Origin: Candidatus Sumerlaeia bacterium
GTDB lineage: Bacteria; Sumerlaeota; Sumerlaeia; SLMS01
NCBI GenBank assembly: GCA_038208905.1
Contig: JBBQYG010000082.1
Coordinates: forward strand, 1 to 16,934
DNA: 16,934 bases
Direction: 5' to 3'
Shown here: positions 14,888-16,934 of the stretch, piece by piece
Position numbering within the stretch: position 1 is the first letter of the stretch
How the letters are laid out: each line of letters begins with the position of its first letter
The notes under the pieces: model-generated
The model's database searches: none
The model's input: the letters and a program-made list of their open reading frames with translations, nothing else
What the model was told of the DNA's origin: nothing
Translations under genes and position numbers: made by a program

Positions 14888-15820
14888 ATGAAGACACCCA
14901 TCTGGCCCGCCATCCGAATTGACTTTTCCATTCATCCGCCCGCCGAGGCGTGGGATTCGTTCTGCGCCCTGATGGCGTTCGATCTCGACTCGATCGGCAT
15001 GGAGGAGGCCGCCGTTGGTCCCGGCGAGGTGGTGAAGCCCGTGCCCCCCGGCGCGCTCTTCTATTTCCCCGCGGTCGAGGACTTCGCCTTGGCGGCGCAC
15101 TATCCCGAGCGGGCCCGAGAGATCGCCGACAACCTATTCGATCCGGGGACGTGGAGCATTGCCCTCGAAGAAGTGAAGAATCAGGACTGGGGCGTCCTGT
15201 GGCGTGAGTATTTCCACCTGATGCGCGTGGGCGACCGGGTCCACGTGGCGCCGCCGTGGGAGAACAAGCTCCCCGCCGACGCACCCGGGGATTCGCTCCT
15301 GATTCTGATCGAGCCGGGGCAGGCGTTCGGCACCGGCTCACACGAGACCACCCAACTCTGCCTTCGAGTGCTGGAGAAGGCCGTTCGCCAAGGAGATAAT
15401 CTGCTCGATGTCGGAACGGGGTCCGGGATTCTCTCCTTCGCCCACCTGCTACTCGGCGGCGCATTCGCAATCGGCGCCGAGAACGACGCGGTATGCGAGG
15501 AGAACTTCCACCTCAATCTGGAGCACAACGGACTGCGCGGCCGGGCCGTCTTCCTGCTGGGGGACGATCCCGCCCAGGTGGCCGAGATGGCGGCGGCGAG
15601 CGGGCACCCGGCGCCCACACTGGTCGTGTGCAACATGCTGAGCGAGCAGTTCCTTCCCGTGCTGGAATCAATCCGCAGCCTTGGCTGCCGGACGATCTTT
15701 TCCGGCTTTCTGATGAGCGAGGAACGTCGCGTCCGTCAGGCCGTCGAGGAGCAGGGCTTCAGCATATCCGAGAGCTTCGAGTTGCAGGAATGGGGGGCCT
15801 ATGTCTGCGACCCTGTATAG
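14888..15820 (+). CDS. prmA: Ribosomal protein L11 methyltransferase PrmA (alternative TTG start 14852)
   Basis: QDW..LWREYFH, VAPPWE, IEPGQAFGTGSHETTQLCL, LLDVGTGSGILS and SGFL motifs. Confidence 0.9.
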   Translation: MKTPIWPAIRIDFSIHPPAEAWDSFCALMAFDLDSIGMEEAAVGPGEVVKPVPPGALFYFPAVEDFALAAHYPERAREIADNLFDPGTWSIALEEVKNQDWGVLWREYFHLMRVGDRVHVAPPWENKLPADAPGDSLLILIEPGQAFGTGSHETTQLCLRVLEKAVRQGDNLLDVGTGSGILSFAHLLLGGAFAIGAENDAVCEENFHLNLEHNGLRGRAVFLLGDDPAQVAEMAAASGHPAPTLVVCNMLSEQFLPVLESIRSLGCRTIFSGFLMSEERRVRQAVEEQGFSISESFELQEWGAYVCDPV

Positions 15821-16337
15821 ACACGGCCGCTTGGCGATCGTGGCTGGGCTCGCCGGGTTGGCAGTCTTTGGACCTTCCATGCCGCGTAGCGCCTTCGGTT
15901 TTCCCTTCTACTTCTCCGAGTTTCAGCAGACCTATCCCCAGTTCCCGATACCTATTACGGGCGAGTGCCGCATCTGCCACAAGGATCCCAATGGCGGCGG
16001 GCCCAGAAATCCCTATGGCGTGGACTTTTCGCGGCAGCTCGACCTGGTCTCCATCGAGGAACTCGACTCTGATGGCGATGGGGTCGCCAATATCGCCGAG
16101 ATCAATCGGGGAAGCATGCCCGGGCGAGTCGCGCACGAGCGCATCGCGCGCGCCCTCGCCGCGATCCAGCCCATCGCCGCCGACTATGATGTGAATGGCG
16201 ATGCGTCGCCCACGACACCCGGTCTCCTCCTCCAGCTGCGCGATGCCGCCGATGTGATTGCGGCGCGCAACCGGGAGACTGAGGAGACCACGCCAACCTT
16301 GGCTCTCCGCCTTTCGCAACCGCTAACACGCGAATAG
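15801..16337 (+). CDS. Exported putative monoheme c-type cytochrome with temptin-like / DSDGDG calcium-binding motif and a dockerin/EF-hand-like C-terminal motif
   Basis: Signal-peptide-like N-terminus, CRICH heme-attachment motif (15966-15980), GGGPRNPYGVDF, IEELDSDGDGVANIAEI...PG, and DYDVNGD...DAADVI. Overlaps the prmA stop by 20 nt. Confidence 0.72.
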   Translation: MSATLYRHGRLAIVAGLAGLAVFGPSMPRSAFGFPFYFSEFQQTYPQFPIPITGECRICHKDPNGGGPRNPYGVDFSRQLDLVSIEELDSDGDGVANIAEINRGSMPGRVAHERIARALAAIQPIAADYDVNGDASPTTPGLLLQLRDAADVIAARNRETEETTPTLALRLSQPLTRE

Positions 16338-16417
16338 ACACTTCGCCCTTGCGCATCGTCAGGGAGACGGTTTTCTGGAGGGATTCCACTCGGTCCCCAT
16401 CTGGCAATCCCCCCATT

Positions 16418-16431
16418 TGATAGCGCTTCCA
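16418..16431. promoter_or_regulatory. Candidate LacI-family (cre-like) operator
   Basis: TGATAGCGCTTCCA matches the perfect palindrome TGGAAGCGCTTCCA at 12/14 positions, with the central CG typical of LacI/GalR sites. It abuts the start of a sugar-permease remnant. Confidence 0.45.
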
Positions 16432-16735
16432 TGCCGCTCAGGACGAAACAACGCGACACGCTGGCGGCGCTCGCCCTTCTCCTCCCCAACATCTTGGGAT
16501 TCTTCCTGTATGTCGCCTTTCCGGTCGTATTCTCCCTGGTGCTGGTGCTCACGAACTGGAGCCGGAGCCCGCCATCGAAGTGCGCTTCGTCGGCCTACTC
16601 GAACCCAGCTATGGTCGCCAGACCGAACTGATCCCCGCCGCCACGGTCATGAGCGTGGTGCCGATGATTGTGGTCTTCGTGGTTCTCCAGAAGCACCTGA
16701 TCAAAGGAATCCAGATGGGCGGGGTGAAGGGGTAG
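16431..16735 (+). pseudogene. Remnant of a carbohydrate ABC permease pair (N-terminus of a MalF/UgpA-type permease fused to C-terminus of a MalG/UgpE-type permease)
   Basis: From ATG 16431: MPLRTKQRDTLAALALLLPNILGFFLYVAFPVVFSLVLVLTNWS. After a frameshift near 16560: PEPAIEVRFVGLLEPSYGRQTELIPAATVMSVVPMIVVFVVLQKHLIKGIQMGGVKG to TAG 16733-16735. The central cores and EAA loops of both permeases are missing. Confidence 0.8.
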
Positions 16736-16750
16736 GCGGCGCGAAGTCGG

Positions 16751-16791
16751 AAAAAGACGGAACCCCGGCGTGTGACTTCGCCGGGGTTCCG
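16751..16791 (-). terminator. Rho-independent terminator of the minus-strand gene at the right edge
   Basis: Perfect 13-bp stem cggaaccccggcg (16758-16770) / cgccggggttccg (16779-16791), 8-nt loop. AAAAA at 16751-16755 gives a U-tract on the minus strand, about 30 nt after that gene's stop. Confidence 0.85.
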
Positions 16792-16820
16792 CCAACAGCA
16801 GGTGCCGCAAACTGCGGTGA

Positions 16821-16934
16821 TCACTCCATCGCCAGATTGGGCAACTCGGCCACGGTGCCCGACTTGATCGTGGGCTTGAGCGAGATGATGACCTTGGACT
16901 TGGTGGTGTCCTTCACCTTCTTGGAGAACAGGTA
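16821..16934 (-). CDS. 3' end of a probable secretin (type II/III secretion or pilus outer-membrane pore family), partial
   Basis: Minus strand reads YLFSKKVKDTTKSKVIISLKPTIKSGTVAELPNLAME then TGA (16821-16823). This fits the secretin C-terminal pattern LF-x8-10-(E/K)hhhhh-x-P-x-I. Only 37 aa are visible. Confidence 0.5.
   Translation of the reverse strand, partial: YLFSKKVKDTTKSKVIISLKPTIKSGTVAELPNLAME

Noticed and set aside
16431-16631. 66-aa ORF as an intact small membrane protein
   Set aside because: Its first 44 aa are a sugar-permease N-terminus and the homology continues in another frame, so it is better explained as a pseudogene.

Overview
High-GC bacterial chromosomal segment, apparently from a diderm, LPS-producing organism (lipid A acyltransferase and LptC/LptA-like genes). 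It is densely coded and mostly housekeeping. A minus-strand block runs apt - LpxL-family acyltransferase - LptC-like - tandem-domain LptA-like - mnmA, followed by an RluA-family pseudouridine synthase. Next come an orphan DUF503/YlxP gene, a four-gene GldAFG-like ABC module with a DUF4340-like protein, and sua5/tsaC. A plus-strand block runs Xaa-Pro peptidase - hypothetical - trmB - prmA - secreted CxxCH protein. The window ends with a collapsed sugar-ABC permease remnant, a strong terminator and the 3' end of a probable secretin. I found no rRNA, tRNA, CRISPR array, transposase or defence system. The most notable observations are: (1) a small exported monoheme protein with temptin-like motifs and a cytochrome f-like N-terminus; (2) an LptA-like protein with a gapless internal duplication next to a possibly unanchored LptC; (3) a purine-rich GATGAGG DNA repeat found both intergenically and translated in the tail of the pseudouridine synthase; (4) a two-gene sugar permease deletion scar that retains a LacI-type operator. 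All family assignments come from motif recognition by eye, not from database searches.
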